From Macrostomum lignano (taxonomy: Eukaryota), in contig NIVC01002137.1 in the NCBI GenBank assembly GCA_002269645.1, forward strand, positions 62,001 to 126,000: DNA of 64,000 nt. Reading direction: 5' to 3'. Position 1 is the stretch's first letter; every line of letters starts with the position of its first letter. Below the pieces are notes generated by a model. It did no database searches. It saw only the letters and a program-made list of their open reading frames with translations, and was not told the origin of the DNA. This document shows, piece by piece, positions 1-11,947 of the stretch. The position numbers were made by a program, and so were the translations under genes.

Positions 1-410
1 GCTACAACCTCCTCCACTAGGCTACAACCCCCTCCACTAGGCTACAACCCCCTCCACTAGGCTACAACCCCCTCCACTAGGCTACAACAGTACAACCCCC
101 ACGACTAGGCTACAACCCCACCACTGAACTACAACCCCCTTCAATAGGCTACAACCCTTCGCACTAGGCTACAACCCCCTCCACTAGGCTACGACCCCCT
201 CCACTAGGCTACAACCCCCACCACTAGGCTACAACCCCCTCCTCTAGGCTAAAAGCCCACCACTAAACTACAACCCCTCCACTAGGCGACAACCCCTCCA
301 CTAGGCTACGACCCCTCTACTAGGCTACGACCCCCTCCACTAGGCTACAACCCCCACCACTAGGCTACAACCCCCTCCACTAGGCTACGACCCCCTCCAC
401 TAGGCTACAA
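1..410. repeat. 20-bp minisatellite (GCTACAACCCCCTCCACTAG)n in a TRAPPC8 intron
   Basis: About 20 tandem copies running off the window start; CGA/CAA variants. Confidence 0.95.
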
Positions 411-476
411 TCCCGCGTATTTTAGATTGGACTTGAGAGTACTAGCCGCAATTATAAATCATAGTTATAAATCAAC

Positions 477-3400
477 CTGAAAATCCTTCTTCAGCTGCTG
501 GTAAGCCTGGTGCGCCACTTCGTACTGCTGGAACAGGAACGCCAAATCCGCGTACCGGCGCAACTGCAGCTCCGGAGCGTCGCTTGAGTACACCACCGAC
601 GAGGCTCCGGCAGAGCCGACATGCTGACCGCCGCTTTTACCGGCGCCGCCGCCGCTGCCGCTACCGCCGCTGCCGCCGCCGCCGCCAACCGAGAACCATT
701 TTTTAGCGCCACCGAGGAATCCTTTGCCGCGCATTCTCGACGCAATCTGTTCGTTTAACAGCTTTAGAGTCTTCTCAACCCACGGCATCAGAGCCCGGTT
801 GACCAGCTCCAGAATCATCACTCGCAGTCGGTTGTGATCGTCGGCGCTCAGCCAGGCGCCGTGACCGACGACGCCGCCGCCCGGCGCACCGCCTCCGACG
901 CCACCGTCGGGTCCAGCGACGTCGCCGGAATCGGTTGACGACCAGCCGTAGTCGAGCGGATGCTGCGGCGGCTGCTGATCTGTAGGCGATGAAGCCTCTT
1001 GAACAGCCTGATGCTGCTGCTGGTGAAACTGATGCTGATGTTGCTGACTGGCCGGCAGCTGGCGGGACGGCGGCAGGTGCTGAGCCCACGGATCTGGCGG
1101 AGCGGGGGCGCCACCGCTGCTCTCCGACTGCAGGTGCGCCGGCCTGGAGTTGATGAGCAACAGGTGACAGGCGGCGGCACCGTATGTGCTGCGCATGGCG
1201 GTGAGGGTGGAGTCCGCCCGCTGCTGGTCGCCTTCTAGGCTGTCGTGAATCAGCACGTAGTACCTGCGATTGGGGTTGCAGTGCTGCTGACGTGGCTTCA
1301 GGAACATACTCGCCCTTGGATACTGAGGACTGAGGGTCTGGAATGGAGGCCTAGCAACCCCTGAGAATCTAAAAGGCTGGCCCCAGCAACTCAGGATCTG
1401 GGAGGCTGGCTCGGCAACTGGGGATCTGGGAGGCTGGCCCAGCACCCGTTGGGCTCCAACTCCGACCTTTTGCAACCTGTCGGAGCATTATCGATCCATT
1501 GATCCATCGATCCATCCAATTCAAACCATTGAAATTGAGCTATAACTGATTGTATTTTTGTTACAATTTATTAAAAGTCCATCTCGATAGGATGCCTTTG
1601 TTAAAATCAGGTGCTGGAAAATCGTATTCAAGGCCCAGGTATATACTAGCAAGTATGCTCTCTACACCCAAAAATGCCTCATTCGAATCGATAACGCCAG
1701 CAACAATGGCGAATGCGTCAAGCAACAAAGAAAAATAAGCCGATGACATTAGACGCTGAGCAGCCCTGCAGTTAACCCTGATCGGAGTTCCGACGCGGCC
1801 GAACAAGGCCCAGGGTCTGCAGCACCGGCTGAAAAAATCGTGATGTCCTTATCCATGCGCCCATTTTTAATGGTGCAAATTTGAGCGTCTCCGAAGCCGC
1901 CGCTCTTATCGAGAACTTTTCTAAGCAAGTGAAGCTCCACCGTTATGGAAAGGAATCGTTACTCCGTTTGATACTCATACATCGTTTTCTACCTGCGGTC
2001 AACGCGTTGCCTCAAAGTTTAAACCAGCTGGACAAGGTCCCAGGGCTTACACGTGCGCATTCTCGACGTCGCTTCGAACCAAGTAATGCGACTTACAACT
2101 GCAAGGCAAGTAGAGAGGGCGTTGACCCTGATGTTCTGCGTTCTGACTGTCGATCCCCAACAGTAAAGTTTTGGGTGATTGATGCTATTCCACAGCTGCG
2201 TGTTAATCGAGCGGCGTCAAATGCTCAAGTACGTGACATTTTCACGTGACCAGGATTACAAACCCAGCTGCCTCAGCTTCAATACGAGCACTGCATACCA
2301 GCGCTTGTTACAAAAAATACAACGGTAGGACAGCTGCGATTTAAGCTACATCCGGGTGTACCGATGGGTTTTTCATCGCTAGAACTTCAGGTGCCGAAGT
2401 ATGTCTCGTTTATATCGTCGACAACGAGATTGGGGACCGCGTCAAAATGCGGTTCGTTGTTCTTTGCGGCATGTGGGCTGGCAAAATAAAACTGCGTGCC
2501 AGTATATTTCTGCAACTCGTAGTTCCTATGCTGAACAGGTGACGTGTCTTTCCGTTCATATATGATGTTTTTCTATTCGAAAAACATTTGTACATGCTGC
2601 TCCGAACGTATCTAAGCTTGTTAATCGCATAAATTAACGTATCATTTCGCGGGTTGCGTGTCGACGGTGTACCTTTTGTGGATGTTTTTGTTTTGTTTTG
2701 TGAACTATTTGTCAATCAAATGTCTAGTATATATGGCAAAACATCAGCAACATACAATGTACATATTTTACTTCATTTTTAGTTTGTGCGCCTTCATGGT
2801 AATATTAATAATTTTTCCACCTTCCCTTTTGAAAACTACCTGGGTCAAGTAAAACGTAGAGTAGCTGTCACTCGATTTATAACCTAGCATGTTGTAAATC
2901 AGTTTTTAAATGTTCGTGCTACTTTTTATAGTAATCCAAAAATAACTTATTTTTTCTGAAGCTGCTCCAAGTAACAGTGCGTTGTTAATGACAAGCAACA
3001 TGCTAATCCAATCCTAATTTTAGATGTAAGAAATGGTATAGTGACAGGTCGCATTTTAAAATTTTCTCGTCCATTGCATGGCTATTAATACTCATCTGAA
3101 AGACTAGGAATTGGCTTTTACAATATCAGCTCTATCTATTGAATAGATATGTCACTGGAACACCCTGTGCTAAGTGTTCTTGCTTTGAAACTTCGTGAAA
3201 ACATTAAAATTTTCTTTATTGCTTGAACAGATATTTTATTTAATATTAATAACTATTTATTATTGATTCCAATATCAATTGAGATTGTCGTTAGATTTAT
3301 TTTAAAAAGTTATTAGTGTTATCAGTGAAAAAAACTATTAATTTATCCTTTCGAATTGCAGAACCTGCTGACAAAATCGGATTCTGACACGGCTCAAAAG

Positions 3401-6400
3401 ACCGCATCATTACGCTGACCACCAACGATACAACAGTCGAGAAACAACATCAACAAACTACAAGGGTCTTGACGCTTCTGCCTCTCGAAGAAGTCGATGA
3501 TGCACAAGCTTCAAAGAAATCAATGACGCCAACTTTGGCATTGATAGCCTTGTTCAATTAAAGGCGAAAATGGAAGCTGGGCTTGGTATATACTTGGCTA
3601 GCCCAAGCCGAGCTGGGCTGTGTGCTATTTGGCCCTCTTCAATTTGCAGAGAACTTCAGCGTGCTTCACAGCAATTGGCGACACTCAGCGTGAGATACAG
3701 GCCCTTCAGCAGCGTACTGCAGGTACCGATAAAGACATGGAACTCGATAATTTTCCTGATCCGATTGGGTCCTAGGAAGAATACATGCGCTAACCCCCAG
3801 GAGCCGGAGCTTGCCCAGCAGTTTAAAAGTCGTATTTGCTTAAAATTGTTTCAGCTATACGAGCGTACAACATCACAAACTTTCATTCTTCTGAATCTGA
3901 CAACTGCACTATTCATGATCGAACTGTTTTTAAATTTTGCACTGAGTAATTGCATTCTCTAGCTTGCAGGCCGCAGTCGACAAAGTTGTTCCGCTTAGTT
4001 AGCCGCTCAGTCAGATACAGATTTAGCATGTCTTACACATGACATGTTAATCTGTGAATAATTGATGGCAGTGTATGGCTATGATTAGTACTTTTGTGCG
4101 CCTCCTGTACTGCCATGTTTTCAGCTGCCAATTTTATCGTAATGTATGGTCCACTATTTAGTGGTTATTTTTCGTTCGCTTGTTGAGTCTTTTAGCAATC
4201 AATGTCTCACAGTCTTAAGACACCCTTGAGTCTTTTATTGCCCAAACGGATTGTTTTTATCTACAAGTAAGTGGCGGACGAATGTCGGGAGTTATTTCGA
4301 GCGAAAGTCTGACTTGTCGCTACGGCTTTGACCGAAAATCGGCGAGTCAGCGACGAATTCGGTTTGATTTTGAGGAATCGATCGACAAAATAGAGACAAT
4401 GTCGGGTTAAAGATAAATTTCGAACCGTTTTCCCCACCCCTTTTCATCGTTGAAAGTCGGACAAAGATGAAAATCGTAGATAAATCGTGTTGATTTCCGT
4501 CGGTCGACTGTCGGGTGACAATCTGAGTTGGATCCCAGCGGGAAACTGACCAGCCAGCGGGAGGCTGGCACAGCAACTGAGGATCTGGGAGGCTGGCCCA
4601 GCAATTGAGGATCTGGGAGGCTGGCCCAGCAATTGAGGATCTGGGAGGCTAACCCAGCAACTGAGGATCTGGGAGGCTGGCCCAGCAACTGAGGATCTGG
4701 GAGGCTGGCCCAGCAACTGAGGATCTGGGAGGCTGGCCTAGCAACTGAGGATCTGGGAGGCTGGCCCAGCAACTGAGGATCTGGGAGGCTGGCCTAGCAA
4801 CTGAGGATCTGGGAGGCTGGCCCAGAAACTGAGGATCTGGGAGGCTGGCCCAGAAACTGAGGATCTGGGAGGCTGGCCTAGCAACTGACACTCTGGGAGT
4901 CTGGCCCAGAAATCAGATCAGACCAGAAGATCAGAGTAGCAAGATACAGACAAAATCTCTGGCATTAGTAAACACACAAAGCACTCACTTGAGCACCTGA
5001 GAACACAGCCACCTAGGCTGCCTATTAACCTGCTGCTGCAGCATCAGTTGCTGATTAGTTAATTTGGCAAAGCAGTCCAGCGGATCCGGGTGACTGGAGC
5101 TCACCGCCATCACGCAGCCGAGGCAATGGCCGAGAAATTCGTGCTCAGAGGGCGGAATGTTGGCCAATAGACAGTCTCTGTAGGCGTCGAACCAAGGCGT
5201 GTTAGCCTGATAGGTGATCTCGTACATCCCGTTGCTAATGCAGGTTGTCAGGGGCTCAACATTGAGGCTGGCGCTGACAACATCGTTCAGGAGTTTTTTG
5301 ACAGCCGCAGGCTGCGGTGGACTGGCGTTGCAGTCAACCAGGTTAAGTGACATGTTGCGCACCGTTATGCTGATGTTGTTCGGGTCGCGGAATTGGACTA
5401 TGGAGGGAATGAATTGGGTTCGTTAGGGTAGACTACTTATGTGATCAAGTTAATTATCTTGACAAGTATAGCTTTAAAAGTACACTTGGCATTTGAATAT
5501 AGATCTTATTGGATTCTATTTCTAGAATTGAATCTCATAGAAATCTACCTTCACTTCTATAGTAACTTAAAGTTATTCTATATAAATAACTTAGGAGATA
5601 GCACTTTAAGCAACATTGTCACACAACCAGCAAGAGGCATTACTGTCTATTCTGCTGACTCTGCTGAGCAGGCACACAAGCACATGGATATGTATGCAGT
5701 CATATGCACAGGCACACACTCACACAGTAATATCTAGCAGTCCTAACTTTATTATCATTAGACATGCTGAGATTTCAATTTAGCCCCAAATTAATGTGAT
5801 GTGACTGCACTTGGAATTGAGCCTAGGCTGCTGGTACAAAAGAGCACTGCACTAGACTAAGCGGCTATAGTCTCCTGACATGAGAGAGTATAGCTATAGC
5901 TATTCTTTATGGCTATCTATCTTTGATAGATTAATACATCTAGGTATATATATCTATATATACCTTGGTATCTAAAAAGCTCTCTTCTTTAAGTAATAGC
6001 ACATTAGCACATTCTCCCATAGAAGTTTGTTTGTAAAATTGTTACTTTATTAATTTTTACTAGCTTACTCAAACCAATTTTGCTAATCTTATGCAAATTA
6101 TAAAAGGAGAATAATATAGAATTTTCTATGCCAACTATGCCAAGGTAATTTTGACTTCTAAAAATTTCTGGTATAAATTATATGATCTAGATTATGGCTT
6201 TTGTGCCATTGTCTAATTCATTATAGTTATGCTAGAAATCTCCAAAGTAAGTCTTGAAAAAAATTATGAGTAGCATTGGCATAAATACCTAGTATAAGAG
6301 TTGATAAAAATAAATAGATTAGCATAATGTCTAGCATGAAAAACAACTAAATATTATTTTTGGCATGGTATTATAGCCATTACTTATTTTAAAATGGAGA

Positions 6401-8562
6401 ATTTAAATAACATCATGTTTTATCATTGGTATAAAATAATTTAACAAAGTTAAAATTCTAGAATTTAGTTTATAATGTAAAAAGTTTATATGCTTATAAC
6501 ATTTTTATATATCTATAAGTTAATGATTTAACTATAAATAGAAATATCAAAACCTTTTAAGATGAAAAACTCTTATACAAAATCATATAGTTTCATTTTT
6601 ATTAATTGTTTTTATGCTATATTTTGAATTCGTCTATTAAGTTAGGTAGACAGCAGCTTAAGTCTACGGCTCGTAGCATACTGATGAATATTGATCAATT
6701 TTCCTCTAGTATAACTCTAAGCATGAAATGGATGATTGCTTGTCTATTTATTTGACTTGCCTACTGTCAAGGTTTTCTATATGTCAATTTTTCGTATACA
6801 TTAGCCTTTCAGATTTTATTAGCATATATATTTGGTGTGCTAAAATCTTATAAATATATTTAGGTTTTTGTTTTTAATGCCAAAATTAGAAACCATTGTG
6901 CCAAATAGAAGAACTCCATCATAGGTAGACCAATTCTAGTGAGTGACGGGATAGTTTACCATGCCTAAGTAGTCTCTTCTGTCACAATTTAACAGATTCT
7001 ATATATGTAAATCTCTCAATAATTTTCTCATTATGATTAGTTTTTTTTTAAATGGAAAAAAATATTTTCTATCATTATTCACAATAATTTTGAATGAAAA
7101 CAATTTATCTAAAAAAATAAAGCAAAATACAAATCAATGTCTTGACCAAACAAATCTATATTTTTTCCTCTGCTATTATATCTCTGTTGATTCTGCAAAA
7201 TGATAATCTGTATCTACATCTAAATTTTAGTATACAAAAATCAATTCCATATCTATTTCTATTTTTAAAGTTTAGTTAGTACATACATGCGCAACCTCCA
7301 AAATTCGGTTGGCTATGCGACTTAGTTTTAACAAAAATGCAATGTAGTTTTTTGCCAAAAATGCGACTTATATGTAAAAAACCTAACGCAAAATTAACGC
7401 AACTTTGGGTAAACGGCAGGAGTAACTATGACTGTCTTTTTAAGTCTAAATGCCTCATCAGCTACTTAGTACTACTACTTTGGTATTCTTTTGGGTGGGC
7501 ATTTTTGCAACTTCCTTGGTTGGCCGCCAAATCGGTTGGCCGGATTGGCCAACTCGGCCAACTATTGCGCATGTATGAGTTAGTATCTCAGAATTATTAT
7601 AAACATTTATATATTTTATACTGATTACATTTGGTAACTTGATTAGGATTTAGTTGTTAAGCCTTAATAAATTTTAGACTTTGTTAATTTGTTATAGCAA
7701 TGCTAGGATCTGAATTTCTATCTTAGCTATTGAATTTTGATACTTTTTTATATATAAAGTTGTTTTAGTAATATTATTAGGTATAGCATAAAGTTATAAA
7801 ATATTGATAATATATGATAAAACAAGTGAATCTATTTTATAAAAATAAGGGGAAAAATAAAAATTTGCTATACTATATAGTTAGGTCTATCCTTATATTT
7901 ATAACAAAAAGATTAATAAGGCATATAATTAAACTAAATTCATAATGTAAATTCTTGTCAGACATATTTTTTGTTTTTATTAGCATTGTTGGTCTCATTG
8001 ACATTGTCATTAATGTTAACAATGAAATTTTGGCATAGTTCTAGTTTACTTTGATATATTCCAACCCCCCTACACTTGAATAGAGGGCAAAATAATTTAA
8101 TGCAGTAAACTAGAACTATGCCGAAATTTCCATTAACTCACATAATTATTAATAGGCCCTACCTACCACCTTATGCTTATAGGGATAGGACCTTTTATGG
8201 CTAACATAACAGGCCCTATGCAAATAAAATATTAGGACTATGACAACTATAATTTAAACAAAGTTTTAACTTTCAACTCAAACTTCAGCTATAAATTTAG
8301 GTTAAATTCAATTCAAGGGCCAAGAGAAAACACATTAGTTAGCCTATATTATGATTTATAACTTATAATATTAATCATAAATAGGGCTTTAAAGCAAAAA
8401 CTTACCATCTTGTGAAATTTTAAGAAATGGCTTAAGCAATTCACAGAATGAAAGGTTGTTCTTCTGACAGATAGTTTCCGCATCATGACTAGCAAGCACC
8501 GCCAGAGTTGGAGAAAAAACTTTTTTAATAAAATCTTGTCCTGCTAGTTTGCTTTCTCCCAT
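477..8562 (-). CDS. TRAPPC8: Trafficking protein particle complex subunit 8 (Trs85), 5' part; gene continues beyond window start
   Basis: Three phase-compatible GT-AG exons. 8562-8406: MGESKLAGQDFIKKVFSPTLAVLASHDAETICQKNNLSFCELLKPF. 5397-4989: FRDPNN...FLGHCLGCVMAVSSSHPDP...PRWL. 1263-477: YYVLIHD...CHLLLINSR...PELQLRRYADLAFLFQQYEVAHQAYQQLKKDFQ. These motifs match TRAPPC8 as I recall it. Confidence 0.93.
1445..4542. mobile_element. Non-autonomous or decayed TIR DNA transposon with CCC termini (CACTA/EnSpm-like?) inserted in an intronic minisatellite
   Basis: Left end CCCGTTGGGCTCCAACTCCGA (1445); right end reverse complement CCCGCTGGGATCCAACTCAGA (4542). The same 28-bp repeat lies on both sides. 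Possible imperfect 2-bp TSD (CA/AA). Interior has only broken ORFs. Confidence 0.65.
4543..4910. repeat. 28-bp minisatellite (GGATCTGGGAGGCTGGCCCAGCAACTGA)n; remaining copies at 1375-1444
   Basis: About 12 copies here and 2-3 on the other side of the inserted element. Confidence 0.95.
7282..7577 (+). mobile_element. 296-bp MITE (hAT/P-like) carrying a 28S rRNA-derived segment, copy 1
   Basis: TIR CATACATGCGCAA / TTGCGCATGTATG; 8-bp TSD AGTTAGTA (7274-7281, 7578-7585); 28S-like block at 7407-7470. Confidence 0.9.
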
Positions 8563-9832
8563 AATTACTGATTCGCTGGAACAAAAAACTTAATTAAATG
8601 ATTTCTTTGAATAGGAAGTGCCTAAATTTGCTATTAAAACTACTAATATAGTAATATGCTGTATCATATAAGATCCCAAAGTCACAGGTCACTACTCACT
8701 ATAGTCAACAACTTTTGTGCGCTTTCAAGCAAATTTTTCGCTTCTAAGAAAACAAAATATTAATTTCTTTAATGTATTAAACAAGTTTTACTTTATTGCA
8801 GTCTTTACATGTTTGCTACAGGAATTTAAAAGTATGTTATTAATAAGATTTTTTAATATTTTAATATTCTAAAAATATTTTACACACGACGACGATACTT
8901 TGCTGTTTGCTCCCCTCCCACTCCTACGAAACCATGGGTGCGTTCGAGTGACTTAAAATGACTTAAACTGCCATTTTAACGTCCTTAGTAAAACAAATGT
9001 TAAGCAGACTAAATGTAAAAATAATCTAGGTAAATGATAGTCAAATTACAATTAAGAATTAATTCAATTTCTAAAACCGGTCTAAGATTAAAAAACGTCG
9101 CCTATACTTCTTCCAACTCAACCTGAACGCCTAGGCACCGTTTTAACTTCGCTCGCAATTACCACATTTAATCGTAATTGAATATTTTGTATTCTTCACC
9201 TTTGTTCTATCATTTGCTTTCACGTCTTTTTGCTCAGTTCGCTGCCCGTCATTATAGTCTTTGAATAATTGCTTAGTACTAATATTGTTTATTTATTAAT
9301 TGTTATTACGTAGTAGTTTATTTGGACTTGGAATATAGTCACTATTTCATCTTGGTTCTTATTCTTCAATATAGTATCTGAGTGAACTTCATGTTATAGT
9401 TTTGTCTTTCTATTTATTCTATAGTATTGTTTCCATAGTATAGTATTGTATATTGTATTCTATAATATAGTATCTATAGTTTTCTATAGTATTGTCTTTC
9501 TATCATACAAAGGAATTATTCACTTTGGTTGAATCATATTATTTTATTGCTAACTGGCCTATTTTTTTCTCAATGTATTGTTGACTGAGTTACCTTGTTT
9601 TTTATTCTTCTGCTTGTTTGAATATAGTAATTAGCTCCTTATTTATTATCTTTATTCATCACAGTCAACTTATGTAAACCAAAAAAAACATTTCTTTCAA
9701 ATATACCTCTGCTTCAATAAGTTTCATATATTTTTTGTATTTTGTGCCAATCTCTGTAAATTTGTTTACAGTTTCTCTTGTTGCATATACTCATTTTTTG
9801 CAAGTAGTGTTAATCTGCACCGCTGGATAACA

Positions 9833-10685
9833 ATGCCTGTATTTGATGTTTTCATAGAAAATGGTGGACAATTGTGTAGGCTTCTTGTGGAGTCGACTAA
9901 TTACGACACCGCCGTGCAGTATTTGGTCGGAGGTAGGCAACTTTTTGTTTCTGAAATGACTACTATATAGATTATCTGAGTAGATGCTGCTATATAGATG
10001 CTGCCCCTTCGTACATGTAGTTGAATATATCCTGCTTGCATACACCCAGCAACTGCAACGCAAGATAATGGATTGCTGAGGCTAACACTGAAAGATGTTG
10101 AGACAACAACTCGAATTGTCGATGTTTTTGACAACATCGATGACTCTCGCATTCCATTTGCGACTAATGAGTTTCAACGTCAAGGTACTGTTCGACTCAC
10201 ATCGGTTCATGTGATGTTCAGTTCATAGCATTCGCGTTACCATTTGCCAGTTTCAAATGGCAGCATGAATTAAATGATTTCTCGTTGATCTTCTGTTTCA
10301 ACTGTTTAAATATGAAATACTTGTTCTGCTCTACATATAGCCTTATGCAAAAGAGCTACTGCGTATGTGTGCTTTGTGGAAAAGAAGGAGTGGTGCATCC
10401 GAATTGGTGCAAACCATTCGGGGGTTTCAAGATTCTACGACCACGGCGATCTTGCGTGTAACCTCTCGCGCCACAGAAGTCGAAATGTCTAACAAGGAGT
10501 TGATGTTTGGTCTACTTGACCGCATTACTCGTGTAGAGGAAACCCAGCTAGAAATTCAGCGTGAGAGAATCGCTGTAGAACGACAGCGTTTGGAAAAAGA
10601 ACGACACGCTTTGGAAGTGAGAGAGAAAGAGGTGGAACTGATGAATAGGATGCTTGAGTTTTGTAACAGAAATGGGCAAAAATGA
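9833..10685 (+). CDS. Harbinger accessory protein (ORF2 position), spliced, C-terminal coiled coil
   Basis: Putative exons 9833-9932 and 10050-10184, plus a last exon including 10365-10685 (EIQRERIAVERQRLEKERHALEVREKEVEL). The third junction is unresolved. Convergent to the transposase. Confidence 0.55.
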
Positions 10686-10960
10686 AACAGAATCGGAATT
10701 GAATCCGACTAAAGTAACGACTTTAGTAAAGCAATGTAAATGTTTACAAGTTTGCTATTTGAAATCATCAATGAAGCATTGTTTCAATGTTCAGACAAAC
10801 AGTTATGTTGTATGTTTTATGTTATAAATGACTATGTTGTAGTTATGTTGCAACGTAAGCGTTTTGAACTATCAAAATTATATCAAGATGCAATTCTATC
10901 AAGCATCAACCAAACAAGTTAGAAAGATTAGTAAGAATTAAAACGGATTAACAATTAACG

Positions 10961-11947
10961 TTAATTGTACTTCAGAGAGAAATTGTGCAGGCAGCATATT
11001 GATTCAATTAGCTTGCAGGTGGACTCCATGCTGTCCGAATTTATGTAATTGATTCGTTGCCATCGACTTGATAAAATTCCAAAAGTTCTCTCGACACACT
11101 GACGCAGTTTACTAAGCTTCTTATTGAACTGTTTTTTCCCCGGAGAAAGATTGCGTCCCTTATATGGTGTTAGCAAGTAGTCGGAACATGGATATGCCGA
11201 ATCACCAATCAGAAGAAATCCCCACTGGACGTGTAAATGCTGTATTTCTTGTCGAGCAGAAGAATATTGAAAAGCTCTTGCATCGTTCGAACTACCGGGC
11301 CAGCCAATGAAGTAGTCAATGATGTAGGTCGAACTGGTGCTAATTACCTGTAACTTGACGGAATGAAATTGCTTCCTGTTGTAATATGACTCGCCATTGT
11401 CAGACGGACATCTTATTTTGACTTCCTTTACGTCAATGGCACCAATAATACTTGCTGTAAAGAAATTTCTAGATCGCTGACTGAATAACTGAGCATGCTT
11501 GTGGCACTCTTCATAGGATGGAAATCGAACCAGATCTCTGCAAAATCCACTCTCGGACATTGCACTTAGAACCCTTCGGATTATAAGACAAACCGTGCTC
11601 TTAGATAAGTCAAAAACTGTTCCAATAGATTCGTAGGACTCCTGGGTTGCTAAATAGCGAAGAAAAACCAAGACCATTGAAATAGCGGTCGTTCCTTTTG
11701 GCGAATGCAGAGTTAGGAACGTTGCTAGTTGCAGAACTAACGACTGGACAGCAGTTCCAGGCAATCTAAAATAATCTCGGAACTGGTAGTCGTTGAAGTG
11801 GTAAACAGTAGTCTCAACGAACTCGGCTACTTTTGCTCTAGGTTCCTTAATGGACCTGGCTACAATAGCTTGAACTTCACTTACAGAGTCACATTGTTGC
11901 TGTACAAAGTCACGAACTTCACCAGTAAAAGAATTTGCTGGTTCCAT
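10961..11947 (-). CDS. Harbinger/HARBI1-type DDE transposase (DDE_Tnp_4), 328 aa, uninterrupted
   Basis: Motifs IIGAID, YYNRKQFHS, WPGSSNDARAF, LIGDSAYP, LLTPY, RQCVERTFGIL, CCLHNF. First plausible Met at 11947. Confidence 0.95.
   Translation of the reverse strand: MEPANSFTGEVRDFVQQQCDSVSEVQAIVARSIKEPRAKVAEFVETTVYHFNDYQFRDYFRLPGTAVQSLVLQLATFLTLHSPKGTTAISMVLVFLRYLATQESYESIGTVFDLSKSTVCLIIRRVLSAMSESGFCRDLVRFPSYEECHKHAQLFSQRSRNFFTASIIGAIDVKEVKIRCPSDNGESYYNRKQFHSVKLQVISTSSTYIIDYFIGWPGSSNDARAFQYSSARQEIQHLHVQWGFLLIGDSAYPCSDYLLTPYKGRNLSPGKKQFNKKLSKLRQCVERTFGILSSRWQRINYINSDSMESTCKLIESICCLHNFSLKYN

Noticed and set aside
1-410. Telomeric repeat
   Set aside because: The unit is a 20-bp minisatellite, not TTAGGG, and it lies inside a TRAPPC8 intron.
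7407-7470. 28S rRNA gene
   Set aside because: Only a 64-bp fragment inside a MITE; no other rDNA is present.
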